From positions 992,001 through 1,056,000 of the forward strand of contig LSRY02000018.1 in the NCBI GenBank assembly GCA_001643675.2: a DNA stretch of 64,000 nucleotides, read 5' to 3'. A program made the position numbers and the translations under genes. This stretch comes from Monocercomonoides exilis PA203. Its lineage: Eukaryota > Protista > Preaxostyla. The notes under the pieces were generated by a model. The model ran no database searches and was not told the DNA's origin. It was given only the letters and a program-made list of their open reading frames with translations. Below, piece by piece: positions 34,493-46,683 of the stretch. The first letter of the stretch is position 1, and each line of letters starts with the position of its first letter.

Positions 34493-37402
34493 CTCTTCCT
34501 CTTCTTCTCCTTCATCTTTCTTATCCTCCTCATGCATCATCCTCTTTTATCAATAAACCTATTTGCTCACTCACTCAAACTCTCATTCGTTCATTCATTC
34601 GTTCGTTCATTTAATTAATCAATCAATCAATCGGTACTTCCTTCCTTCCCTCTTTCTTTTCTAACTCGTTCTCTTCTTCTCTCTTTCTCTTTCTCTTTCT
34701 TTCTTTCTCTCTTTCTCTCTCTCCCTCTCTCCTTCCTCCTCCTCAGACTTCTCGCCCGCCCCCATCCACCCATCCCCAACATCACCCCAGAGTGCTCAGC
34801 ACTTCTCGAAGCAATGCTCAAAAAGAACCCCGCCGAACGGCCGTCTGCGAGCGAACTGCTTCAGTATCCTCTTTTTGTGGAGAGGAGAAGAAAGAGAGAG
34901 ACAGAGCAGCAGAGGGAAATGATGCAGATTCTGAGGGAAATCGACGAGGAGGAGATGAAAAGCGAGAACGAGCTGCTGAAAAGAGACGATGGCGCTGAGA
35001 GGCAGAGCGGGTCGCAATGTTCTTCTGCTTCTGCTTCTGCTTCTGCTTCTGCTTCTGCTTCTGCTTCTGCTTCTGCTTCTTCTTCTTCTTCTGCGGCTGC
35101 TGTTGCTTCTGCTACTTCTTCGAATGCATCTTCTTCTTCTTCTTCTTCTTCTCCATCTTCCAATCAGCTTTCGCTTAATCCATACTCTCCATCATCATCA
35201 TCTTCTTCCTCTTCTTCATTTCCTTCTGGAATAAATGCAGCATATGGCTCATCTTTCACCGCCAACTCGCTTCAAACCCCATCTCCCACAGCTCCTGTTA
35301 TGTCTGCCCAAAGACAAGGAATAACAACAGCAACAACAGCAACAGCTGCAACAACAGCTGCAGTTACTGCTGCTTCTGCTGCTGCATATCCAAATCGTTC
35401 AGCTTATCCTTCTGCTTCAAATACTTCACATGTGTCTAATGTTTCGAATGTATCTAATTTATCCAATGTTTCCAATGTTGTTAATCCGGTTGGAACACGC
35501 CCCACACAGCACTTGTCCCCATTCTCCCCTTATCCACAACAACTGTCACCCCTCAGCCCTGCTATGAATCGACTTCCACTGCAATCACAGCCAAAATTAC
35601 TATCACTGCCCCCATCTTCTCAAACAACACAAAATATCCAGACGCTAAATATTCAGACTATGCGCATTATGCCTCCTTCTCATCCTTCCCATACTTCCCC
35701 TCCTCTGCCTGCTAAACTCTCTTCTCTTCCTCCTTCTTCTCCTCCACCAGCTGTTGTAAAGCCCTTCCGCTTTGTCTACAACCCGTCTTTCCTTCCGCAG
35801 CTTCTCCAGCCCCCTCGTTTCCTGTACAATGAAGAGTCGTATTCACAGACAATTGAGGCTGTTTTCCGCCTCATCTCCTTTTTCAAAGAGAATGCGCTGT
35901 TTGCAGACGAGCTGGCGGTGGTGTCGGTGCTTCTGAGGCACTCAGGAGTGAATGGGATGATTGAAGATCCAGGGGCATCAGCAGCTGAAACAGCACAGTC
36001 CAGTTCAAATCAGATGGATGCAGAGAGGATGAGGCAGAGGCAGAGGCAGAATGAGCCTGCTGGTGGTGGTGGCGGAGGAGGATGCGCGCAAACTGGAGAG
36101 GTTAATAGGAAAGTGCTGAACAGGATTGCATATTCGTGCTTGTCAACAGTCACAGAAATCAAAGAGAAGGCAGAAAAAGCAGAGAAAGAAAGGAGAGAAA
36201 GGAAAGAGAAAAGAGAGAAGAATGAGCAAAAGATGCAGCATGACTTGACTGAAATGAAGGCAGCATCCGCTGGCCAATCAGATCATTCTTTGTCTCCTCA
36301 AGCACCCCTCCAAAACACTCCTGTAAGTCATTTTCCACCTCATTCACAGCAATTACTTCAACAACAACAACCACAGTTACAGCCACAAGCAACCCAGAGC
36401 CGGATAATCCCTCCTCCTCTTCCTTCTCACCCTCCTCCTCCGCTTCCGAAGGTGCCTCCCCCAAACATGACAGCATCTCCTGTGACGAATGCTGCTCACG
36501 CTCCTGCACAGTTTTCTATTCCATCTTTCACACACAACACTCTTTTCCCTCCGCCTCCTCCACACACAACCACTGCACATTCACCTGCCTCTTCCTCGCC
36601 AGCATCGCCACAATTTGCAAAGCAAACACAATTGCCCCACACACCACACACACAACACACGCCACCACAGCAGCCAGTCAGCTCAGCCGCTCCTTCATCT
36701 GCATTGTCTTTCTCTCCTTTCACAATGCTCCCTCCAGCTCCACACACTCCTCCCACACCCTCAACACATCCTGCATTCCCCATTCCACCCCACCCGCTTT
36801 CTGCTTATGAGTGTCTCTCTTCTGTCGTCCACCGCTGTTTACGCGGGCCAGCGGTGCTTCTGTACCACGCCACGCGCTATGCTCCTTTCTGGCGCCCGCT
36901 CACGAAGCAGCTGTGGGACGATATCGACTCCCTCTCGTGGATTGAAGAATTCCCTGCTTTTCCTCCGCCTCCTCCGTCTTTCCAGTCACTTTTTCCTGAA
37001 GGAAGTAGCACTGAGCAGCATGAAAATCCAACGTATGTAATCAATTTCCCTCCAAATGCTGTACCTCCTCCGAATATTTCCCGCAGCCATCGCATCACAG
37101 AGACGCAGCTGAGGCGGGCAGCTGTTGTGAAGCAAGGGTTTCTGCTGTATTTGTTTCTTGCGCAAGTGCCGAAGTTGGAAGAGAATGTGTCGTTTATCAT
37201 CAGAGGAAGTGAAAGTGAAAGTGAAAGAGAAGAGGGAGAAAAGAAAGGAGAGGGAGACAAAGAGGAAGGATCGGATCACAAGACAGCAAAAACGAGGAGA
37301 ATTAATGCGTGTTGTGCAATTATCCGTATTAATAGGCAGACAATGGAAGCGTGTGCTGGCAGAGCACTCAACATGTATTTGAATGCATTTATCAGCACTT
37401 AA
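32524..37402 (+). CDS. Ser/Thr protein kinase (ULK/NEK/CAMK-like, family not resolved) with long low-complexity tail
   Basis: Spliced motifs LGSGSFGTV, AIK, MEYAN, HRDLKPDNILL, DFG, GTPLYMSPE, DVWSVG and RPSA across about 11 exons. Confidence 0.92.
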
Positions 37403-37729
37403 AAATGACTTTATTTTTCTTATTTTTTAATTTTTTTATATTTTTGCTTTTAAATATAATGATTCGAGGATTCTTGAAATAAAGTTTGAGCATTTTCTTT
37501 TCTTTTCTTTAGACATTTTCATATCTTTTATTTTAGTGTTTTTTGCTTTATTTGAGAGAATTTCAAAAACAATAGGAATAAACTTTTAGTTTTTAACACA
37601 AAAAATGCACAAAAAGGATGTAGATAATTTAGACATTTCAAAAGCTTGGATATCAAATAAAGCATAAAGTAATTATACGTTTTCATTCTGGAAATTAAAT
37701 CAAAAAAAAATAAGAAGAAGAAGAAGAAA

Positions 37730-37941
37730 GAAAAAGAAAAAGAAAAAGAAAAAGAAAAAGAAAAAGAAAAAGAAAAAGAAAAGAAAAGAAAAAGAAAAAA
37801 AGAAAGAAAAAGAAAAGTAAAAGAAAAAGAAAAAGAAAAAGAAAAAGAAAAAGAAAAAGAAAAAGAAAAAGAAAAAGAAAAAGAAAAAGAAAAAGAAAAA
37901 GAAAAAGAAAAAGAAAAAGAAAAAGAAAAAGAAAAAGAAAA
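37730..37941 (+). repeat. (GAAAAA)n hexamer microsatellite
   Basis: About 35 near-perfect units in the intergenic region. Confidence 0.95.
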
Positions 37942-38232
37942 TACGCCTTTTTTAACTTATGCTATAAACATCATAAATGTTTTTTGCAACAACTATGAAT
38001 CAATGAGATTTTATTTCTTTTTTCTTTTTGAATTTTTTATAATTATTGTGTGTTTTAAAGCACAAGGAAAAAGAAAACACTGTTCATTTTGTCCCAGAAC
38101 TGATGAAAAGTTCAAATTATTATTTTATTTTCAAAAATTTCTTTTAGAGAAATACAAAAAAGTTTTCGGATCCCCATTGAATGATCTATCACATAAAAAA
38201 ATAACATTTGATCATTTCCCAAACTTTAAGTA

Positions 38233-41200
38233 ATGTCAGATTTATTAGGAAAAGCAATTCGCAAGAAATTAGGTACACGAACGCATAAGGTAGCTCATGG
38301 CGGTGGGGTATGCTGCAATATTTTATGGAGATGAAATGTATCATGCTTTCTTTTTTTTCAATTTACTTACTAAGCGTCATACTGTTGATCTTCTTGATTC
38401 AACAGATGAGAGACAAAATCAATTAAAATCTATTATGGAGAGAAATGCCATCGATGAATTTTTGGTAACTTCGCAGATGGCAGGAAGAAGCGTATGCATG
38501 ATATTTTTTCATGTCTTTTAACAGAATTCTTTAAAGTTTGAAGCGACAAAAGACAAAGTGAAAATTATAAACTCTTCTAATGTTGTAGGTCATTCCATTT
38601 ATGGAGCATCAACTCTTTTTGAGTTGGGACAGGATATGGAAGAGCTTAGTAAAGGTCTTTCAATTCCAAGACGCCCATCTTGGACAACGGCTATGACTGC
38701 AGAAGATTTAGAGAGATCTGAAGGAAAGGCATTTTTAGAATGGAGAAGAAATCTAGCTAAGTTTGTAATTTATTCGATTTTTTTGCACAATGTGCATTTT
38801 TTACCCCAACTATAAAGAATTGAAGAAGATTCAAAAAGTAGATTAACACCATTCGAAAAAAATATTGATATTTGGAGGCAACTGTGGCGCACAGTTGAAA
38901 ACAGTTCCGTTTTGTTAATTGTGTGTTTATTGTTTTTAGCATTGAAAATGAAAATTTTTAAATGTTTTTTTATTGTGCGAAATTCCTATCTTAATGCTTG
39001 AATTTGCTGATAGATTCTTGATGCACGAAATCCTCTTGCATTCAGATGTCTTGATTTGGAGACATATGTGAAGGAGGCGGATGTCGGATGTGAAGCTGAT
39101 GGAAAGCCTCTTGTAAAAGAGAATCGAGATTTCTTATTAGTTTTAAACAAGGCGGATCTGTTGACAGAAAGCGAAAGGTTGATTTTTCATTTTGTATTTG
39201 TTTATACGAGAGTGATTATTAATTGAACTTTATTTTTATTATAATTATAATAATTATTTGTAAATATTTTTCTTGCAATTCGCAACAAACATAGAAAAGC
39301 ATGGGCGAGCTATTTTGAGAAAGAGAATGTGAATTTCGTTTTCTTCTCAGCTGTCGAACAAGCAGGAGAAGTTGTGTCGAACGACGAAGGAGCAGCCAAA
39401 GGAGCAGAACACAAGGCATCAAAGGGTGATGCATATGGCGTTTCAGGTGAGGGGATAAGCCTGCTGTCGAAAAGAAGGAAGAGGAAGCAGCAGAAACGGA
39501 AAGGAAGAGGAGGAAGAGGAAGAGGAGGGAAAGAAGAAGCAATGGAAGAAGAAAAAGATGCAGAAGCAGAAGCAGGAGAAGAAGCAGAAGAAGAAGAGAA
39601 AGACGAAGAAGAGAATTCAGAAGGCAAAACAGGAGAATCGAAGCCAGATTCAGATGAAGCCAAAGAGCAGAGCAAGACAGAAAATATTGAAACAAAAGAA
39701 GAAAACAAAGAAAACAAAGAAGATAAAGAAGAAAAAGAAGGAAAAAGCGAAAAAGGTGCATCAAAGAGTGATAGCGATGCATCTTCTTCTTCTTCTTCTT
39801 CCTCTTCCTCTTCTTCTTCCTCTTCTTCTTCCTCTTCTTCAAAAACAGAACAAAAACCAGTTGAGAAGACAACAAAAGGCACCAAATTGGAAAGTTGGAT
39901 GTTGTACAACCGGAAAGATCTGCTGAGGCTGATGAGAGAGCGTTTCTTTGAAAAGGGAAGGGTGGGAGAAGTAGGAGAAGATGGTGTGATTGGAGTGGGA
40001 AGCGAAGAGAAAGAGGAGGATGAAGAAGAGAATGAAAAGGAAGAGAAAGGGAAAAGAGGGAAAAGTTCGAAACAGAATGAAGATTCAGAAGAAGAAGATG
40101 ATGACGACGAAGACTTGGTTCACTTTGAAGATGAAGAAGAGGAGCGGAAGGCGAAAGAAGAGCTGCTGAAGAAGAAGAGGAAGGAGAAGTATTTGTGTGT
40201 GGGGATGATTGGATATCCTAATGTGGGGAAGTCAAGTGTGTTGAATGTGCTAATGAAGAAGAAGTGCGTGGCAACTGGCTCAACACCAGGGAAGACAAAA
40301 CATATGCAGACACATTGGCTGAGGTTCAGCGAGCAGGAGCTGGAGGAAGACGGAGAGGAAGAAGGAGAAGAAGAAGAGGAAGGAGAAGAAGAAGGAGAAG
40401 AGAAGAAAAAGAAAAAAGATTCATCGTCATCATCATCCTCTTCTTCTTCTTCATCAAAATCCCATTCCAAGCCCAAATCCTCTGACGGCATTAAGTCTCT
40501 GATGCTTCTCGACTGCCCAGGGCTTGTCTTTCCCTCGTGGCGCACCACAGCTGCTGACATGATCTGCGATGGCATCTATCCCATTGACCAGATGCGCGAC
40601 TTCTCAGAAGCAATGGCTTTGATTGCGCTCCGCATTCATCCTGTCACGCTGGAGTCTGTCTATGGGATTAGGCTGTCGTATACACACGACCCGTTCTATG
40701 ATGCGATGTACAAGGTGGTGGATGAAGATGGGAGTGCTGGTGGAACTTCATCATCATCATCATCTTCTTCTTCTACAACTGCTTCATCTTCATCTTCATC
40801 ATCATCATCATCATCATCATCATCTACTTCTGCTAAGCCTCCTTCATTGAAAGTGCTGATTGACAGAGGAAGAGAAATCAGCAGTGCATTTGCCATCATC
40901 CGAAGCTTCATGTCATCTTATGGGCTACCTGACCAGTCAAGAGCTGCTCGTCTTATTCTGAAAGATTATGTTAATGTGTGCATTCATTTAATTAACTTTT
41001 TCAATTTTTTTTTTTTTTTTTTTTTTAATTGAACATTTTTAATATTTCTATTTTCTTTTTGCAATTTCTTTTTTCATTTAATTCAAAAATAATAAAAATT
41101 TCCGCTTTCTTTTTCAACTATTCATTTTTTTTTCTTCAGGGCCGGCTTCTGTATGTGCATCATCCACCAGGTGTAGTGCTTCGGCGTGTGTGCTACATAA

Positions 41201-41448
41201 AGAAATCAAAGAGAGGAAAAGAGCTGGAAGAGAATCCTCAGATTGACAGATCTCAGCCAGGGGCAGATGGCAAGAGATATACCGCAGAAGACGTGCCTCC
41301 TCCAAAGGGATCGAAAAGAGAAAGAAGGAAGAACAAGAGGAAAGGGAAAGACAAAGTGAAGGAGAAGGATATTGTAGGGATGCACGGGCAAACATTTATT
41401 AAAGGGCCAATGGCTCTTGTGTCTGAAAAGACGAGATATGGAGGATAA
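38233..41448 (+). CDS. LSG1: Large-subunit GTPase 1 (circularly permuted YlqF/YawG family), spliced
   Basis: IPRRPSW, FLEWRRNLA, TPFEKNIDIWRQLWR, ILDARNPL, NKADLL, GYPNVGKSS, STPGKTKH, DCPGLVFP, DQSRAARLILKDYVN|GRLLY. Confidence 0.95.
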
Positions 41449-41631
41449 ATATTATAATTATTATCTTAAAGTTTAGGAATTAAGTCTTTTTTATCTTCAT
41501 ACACAAATTTGCTCTCCTTATATATAGGAGAAAATAAGTCCTAAATTGATATTAAATAACGCTATTTTTATTGAAAATTAAAACCAAAAACAATAAATTC
41601 AGTTGAGATGAAGCGTTATAAATATGATTTC

Positions 41632-42187
41632 CTAAGATTTCTTTTTTTGTTGTGGTTTCCTTTCTTCCCTCTTGTGTTTGAGCTATTAAAAAAGATGAAA
41701 ATGAAACAATGAAATATAAAAAACATTTTAATCACTCGAAACATACGAATTGATGAAGTCTTGCTTGAGCAAGTTCTTTTTCAGAATCACTCATTTTTGT
41801 TGGTTCAGGATCAGCAAATCTTTTTCCTCTTTCAACCGATTTAACTTTTTGTCCGCACCCATGAATTTCGGGCAATCTTTCATTTTATATGCAACAAAAA
41901 ACCGGCAATTCATAAAACAATAAAAATGTGAATCAACAAACAAATGTTTTGAGCAATAGCGTCGATTGCAATATGGACAAAGGAGCAAATACAAGGGATT
42001 TCCTTGAGTGCATTTACTAAATTTGCAGTGATTCATTTCTGCCAAAATTGCTTCCTCCCTGAAATATCATCTTTACGTGCATAAAAACGGTTGAAAATTC
42101 AAACTCTTCTGATGTAAGCTTTGATTTTCCTTTCTTCTTTTTATTTATTGTTGTTCTTGTTTTTGAAATAGTTACAGTTCTGCTCAT
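41632..42187 (-). CDS. Small AN1-type zinc-finger protein (IGHMBP2 C-terminal-like finger)
   Basis: Spliced CKFSKC...[21 protein letters not shown]; ends in a basic tail KKKS*. Confidence 0.8.
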
Positions 42188-42290
42188 TAAATGATTTTTT
42201 ATGATTATAAAACCAAAATATTATTTTTTAAGAAATATTTTATTGAAATAAATAAAACAAAAATATGAAATAAAGACATAATCAACATAT

Positions 42291-45200
42291 TCACAATGAA
42301 ACAGTTTTGTCAACAGTTTTGGCTTCAGATTTTAATGCACTGCTTATTCTCTCTTGTTCCTCGACTTCTTTAAGTGCATCATTGTAAGCCTGAAGTTCTT
42401 CAGGTAAAAGATCATTTTCATCAAGCCACAAATACAAAGGAGGACTTCCATCTTTCCTTTGCCACTTGACATAATACTGAACAGTGATGCTATCCCCTTC
42501 GCTTCCATCTGATGAAGTTTCTGTTTGTTTTCCGGTACTGCTTTTTGGAGATTGTTTTCTGATAACTCTTCTTTTGAGGATCTCTTCAACATGCCCAATG
42601 CACTCATCTGTTAATTATTAAATGTCAAACAAAAAATGAAAATATAATCACGTTTAAAAATTAATAATTGAAAATGTTTCAGCAATTTTTTAAAAAAAAA
42701 GACAAATAAATAAATAAGTAAAGAGAGAAACAAATAAAGAAAAAAGTTAGTTCTGAAATAAAACAAACCCATCATCTGCGCAGGTGTAGGTTGAGGAGTC
42801 GAAGGAGATGAAGGAGATTGAATGTGACCAGCAGAACTTGGAAAAGAAATGACAGAAGGACGAATTGAATATGCCCTTGATGAAACACCATCTGAAGCTA
42901 TTAATAAAAAAAGAATGTGAAATTAGAAAAGAAATTATGAAGGATAAGACAAAAAGAAGAAAGAAATAGAGAGAAAAAGAAGGAAAATACAAAAATTTAA
43001 CAATCATTAACAACAAAACAAATATTGCTTTAAACATCAAAATCTCAGCCCTTTCTTTCTTTCTTTCTCTCTTTCTCTTTCTCTCTCTCTCTCTTTTTTT
43101 TTTCCCCTCTCACACCTCTTCTTGTCTGATTACCAAACATCTGCTGTTGCTGTTGAGGTGTTGTTGAATGAGTAGGTGAATGGAGTATTCTTTGTGTGCC
43201 AACAGGATAATAAGACAAGGCAGATGGCTGTCTCGGAATTGGAGTGGGCGAAGGAGTGGGGGTGAATGAAGAAGAAGAAGAAGATGGAGAAGATGGAGAA
43301 GATGATGATGCTTGAGAAATCTGCCTTTGTGTATTTGAAATAGCAGGAGGAGAAGAAGGTTTGATGGCACTTCTGCTGAAAGATTGAGGGGAAGAAGAAG
43401 AAGAATATGAAATTGAAGAAGAAGATGATGAGGATGAAGTTTTGTTTGGAGAAGAAGGAGAGTAGTATGAAGTGTTAGCTGCTTCTCTTGCCAGCGCCTT
43501 CTGCTGCTCAATCAACCTCTGCCTGTCTCTGCTGCTGATCTGATGAGTGGCTGAAGGAGGAAGTTGTGTGGGAGAAGGAGAAGGAGAAAAGGAAGAAGAT
43601 GATGATGATGTATTTGAACCAGAAACTGTTGTGCCATTCAAAGAAGCAGAAGGTTCAATGCGTCTGATGGTGCGGCGGTTGCGAGGAAGATAAGAAGAAG
43701 AGGAGGAGGAAGAGGAGGAAGAGGAAGAAGGAGAACGAACAAGCCTGCTTGTTTGCTCATTGCTGGGAGGCAGACGGAGAGGAATGGAAGATGATGGAAC
43801 AGATGGTTGATAGGAGCGTTGACTTGTTGTTTGAGAATATCCATTGCTGTTGTTGCTGCCATATCTTGTTAATTGAGAAGCAGATGCAGAAGAAGAAGAA
43901 GAGGAAGAAGAAGCAAAATAACCAGAAGAAGAAGAAGAAGCAATTGAAGCAACAGAAGCAGAAGAAGCCGAAGAGTTCCTTCTGTTCATCTTCCTTGCTG
44001 TCTCCACGCCCATCAGCGAGACTGAGCCAGGCGCTGCGACGGATGTGATGGCAGCTGCTTCTTGTGACACAATTGCCTCGACTGTGTTCATCGTCGTCTT
44101 CATCGCAGCTGGCAATGCTGCTGTTACTTGCACAGAAGGTGGGACAAGCATGTGGGAACGAGAGGGAAGGGCATACCATTCAGGGGTTGTGGTGGTGGCG
44201 GAGAAGGAGGAGAAGGAGGAGGAGGAGGAGAAACCGCGATTTGTGGAAGAAGAAGAAGAAGAGGAGGCGGATGAATTGAATGGAAGTGGTCTGTTTGATC
44301 CATTCGAAGCTCCATTTGAGTTGGGGTTTGACTGTGTAGAAGGAGAATAAGATGTTATTTGCCTGCCCAGCCTTTTGCGGCGAGAGGGAAACAGATAAGA
44401 GGCGTGTATGCGATTCATCAACTCTTCCATTTCACGTGCGATTTCGATGTGTTCTTGCACATCTTCTGCATCTTCTTCCTCGTCAATCTCTTCATCAACA
44501 TCCTCTTCTGCTTCTTCTTCCTCTCCTTCTCTTTCTCCTCCTTCTTCGTCGAGTCTGTCCATTTCTCCATCTTCACTTGCATATCTTGCATTTCCCTCTT
44601 CTTCCTTCTTTGCTGTCACTTCAAGTGTCATTCCTCTTTCTCTCACGGCCATCTTCCTTTTATTCGATACCTGTCTCATTCTTTCCTGTTGATTCTCAAT
44701 TGAATGTGCTGATCCTTCTCTTTCTTTCCCTTCTTCTCCTTCATCTTCTCTGCTTCTTCCTTCTGATACTTCGTTTTCTTCTGTTTCTGTCTCTCCAATA
44801 TCATCCAACTCTTTCTTTTCCGTCACAAAAAACCTCACATTCTTCCCTTTCCCCCTTTTCCTTCCCTTTCCCCTTTCTTCTTCTCTTTCTTCTTCTTCTT
44901 CTTCATTCACCTTCCCCATCTTCTCCCTCTCCTCCTTCCTCCTCTTCCTCCTCTCCATCCTCCTCAGCCTCCTCTCCTGCACTTTCTCCCACTCGTCTAT
45001 CAACTCCTCTGCGTTGCTCTCATTCAGCGCCACATCTGCCTCACACACAGCATGTGGATCAGAGCCAAGTTTCAGTGTGTGTTCAGTGATCACATGGAAC
45101 TGGGGGATGTTGATAGGCACCCATGAACAAGGCGTGGAGCGGGTAGATTTGTGGTAATGGGGCTTTTTGAGGGAGTAGGGGAGAGTAGAGAAAGAATCTG

Positions 45201-46651
45201 TGTTTTCTTCTTCTCCTCTTTCTCCTTCTCCTCCTCTTTCTCCTTCATTTCCCTTCCTGTTCAGCTGTCCATCTCCCAAAGACATGCTTCTTTCTCTCCC
45301 GCCAACACCTCTTCCTCCTTTCTTCCCCTTCCTGTTGCCATACAACCTCCTCATCCTCCTCTCCTCCTCTTCGTCGGGTTCCAATTTCCCTCTCTTTCTC
45401 TGCAGCATCTTCTTCTTCTCTTCTGCCATTGCTACTTCTGATTGAGCGTTCTCCTCCATCACATACTGCTCTGTTGCTAAGATCAGATCCACTCCAATGG
45501 AAGAGGCGTGGTTGCCAAAGCCAGTCACAGAGGGAGGAAGAGAAGGGAGAAGAGAAGAGGAAGAAGAAGAAGAGGAGGAGGAAAAAGAAGAAGAAGAGGA
45601 AGATGATGATGATGTTTTGTTGTTTGGAGAATAAAATGGACTTTTCTGAGCAGTTTTGGCATTTGGTTGTGGAGATGAGTGAAATTCTCTTTCTTTGACG
45701 ATTTCTTGAGAGTTCTTCAAATCTGAAGCATCTTCTTGCTTCTTTCCTTCTCCAAATTCTTTTTCTTTTTCTTTTTCTTTTTCCTCTTTCTCCTTCTCTA
45801 TTTGTTCCTCTTCCTTCATCATCGTCATCATCATCATTTTCCTCTTCTTCTCTTCCTCTTCTCCCATCTTCGCTCTGAGGATTGTTGCGCTCTTCTTCCA
45901 CTTGTCAGATACCCACCGCCACGTTGTGGGGGCATCCAAAGAAGAAGAAGAAGGGGAAGAAGAAGAAGGAGAAGAAGAAGAAGAAGAAGAAGAGGAAGGA
46001 GAAGATAAAATAGCTGAAGAAGAAGAAAATGAAGAAGAAGAAGCCATTATCGAAGCCGAAAGTGGGTCAGTAGCAGAAGTCTGGGAGGAAAAGAAAGGAA
46101 CAATAGCGTATTCTTCTTTGTGGAGGGTGAGCTGGGTGATTGGAATGATCAAAGAGAAGTGGCGGAGGGGTAGGGTGGTTAATTGTGATTGGTCTGTTGA
46201 AGTGTTAAGAGAGGAAGAAGATGATGAAGATGAAGAAGAGAAAGAAGAAGAAGAAATAGAAGAAGAAGAAGAAGGAGAAGCAAAGATTAAAGTTCCATTT
46301 TTGAGTGAATGCACATTTGGTGGAGGACGCTGGCGATATGCAGAAGAAGCGATGCCGTGTGTCCAATGTTGTGGTTGTTGTTGTTGTGGATTGGGTGAAG
46401 GAGAAGAAGAAGAAGGATATGGAGAGGAAGAAGAAGAAGAATAAGACAGAGAAAATGGAGATATTGTGCAGAGCCCTTTCTCTCTGTCCATCTCAACAAT
46501 CACAAATTTTCTGTTTTTTTGCTGTTCATTTGGAGAAGAAAGAGAAGAAAGAGAAGAAAGAGAAGAAAGAGAAGAAGAAGAAGAAGAAAATGAAGAGTTA
46601 TCAGCAATAATGAAATCACCGATTTTTGGTTCTAATTTTGGGGGAGAAAAT

Positions 46652-46683
<32 letters not shown>

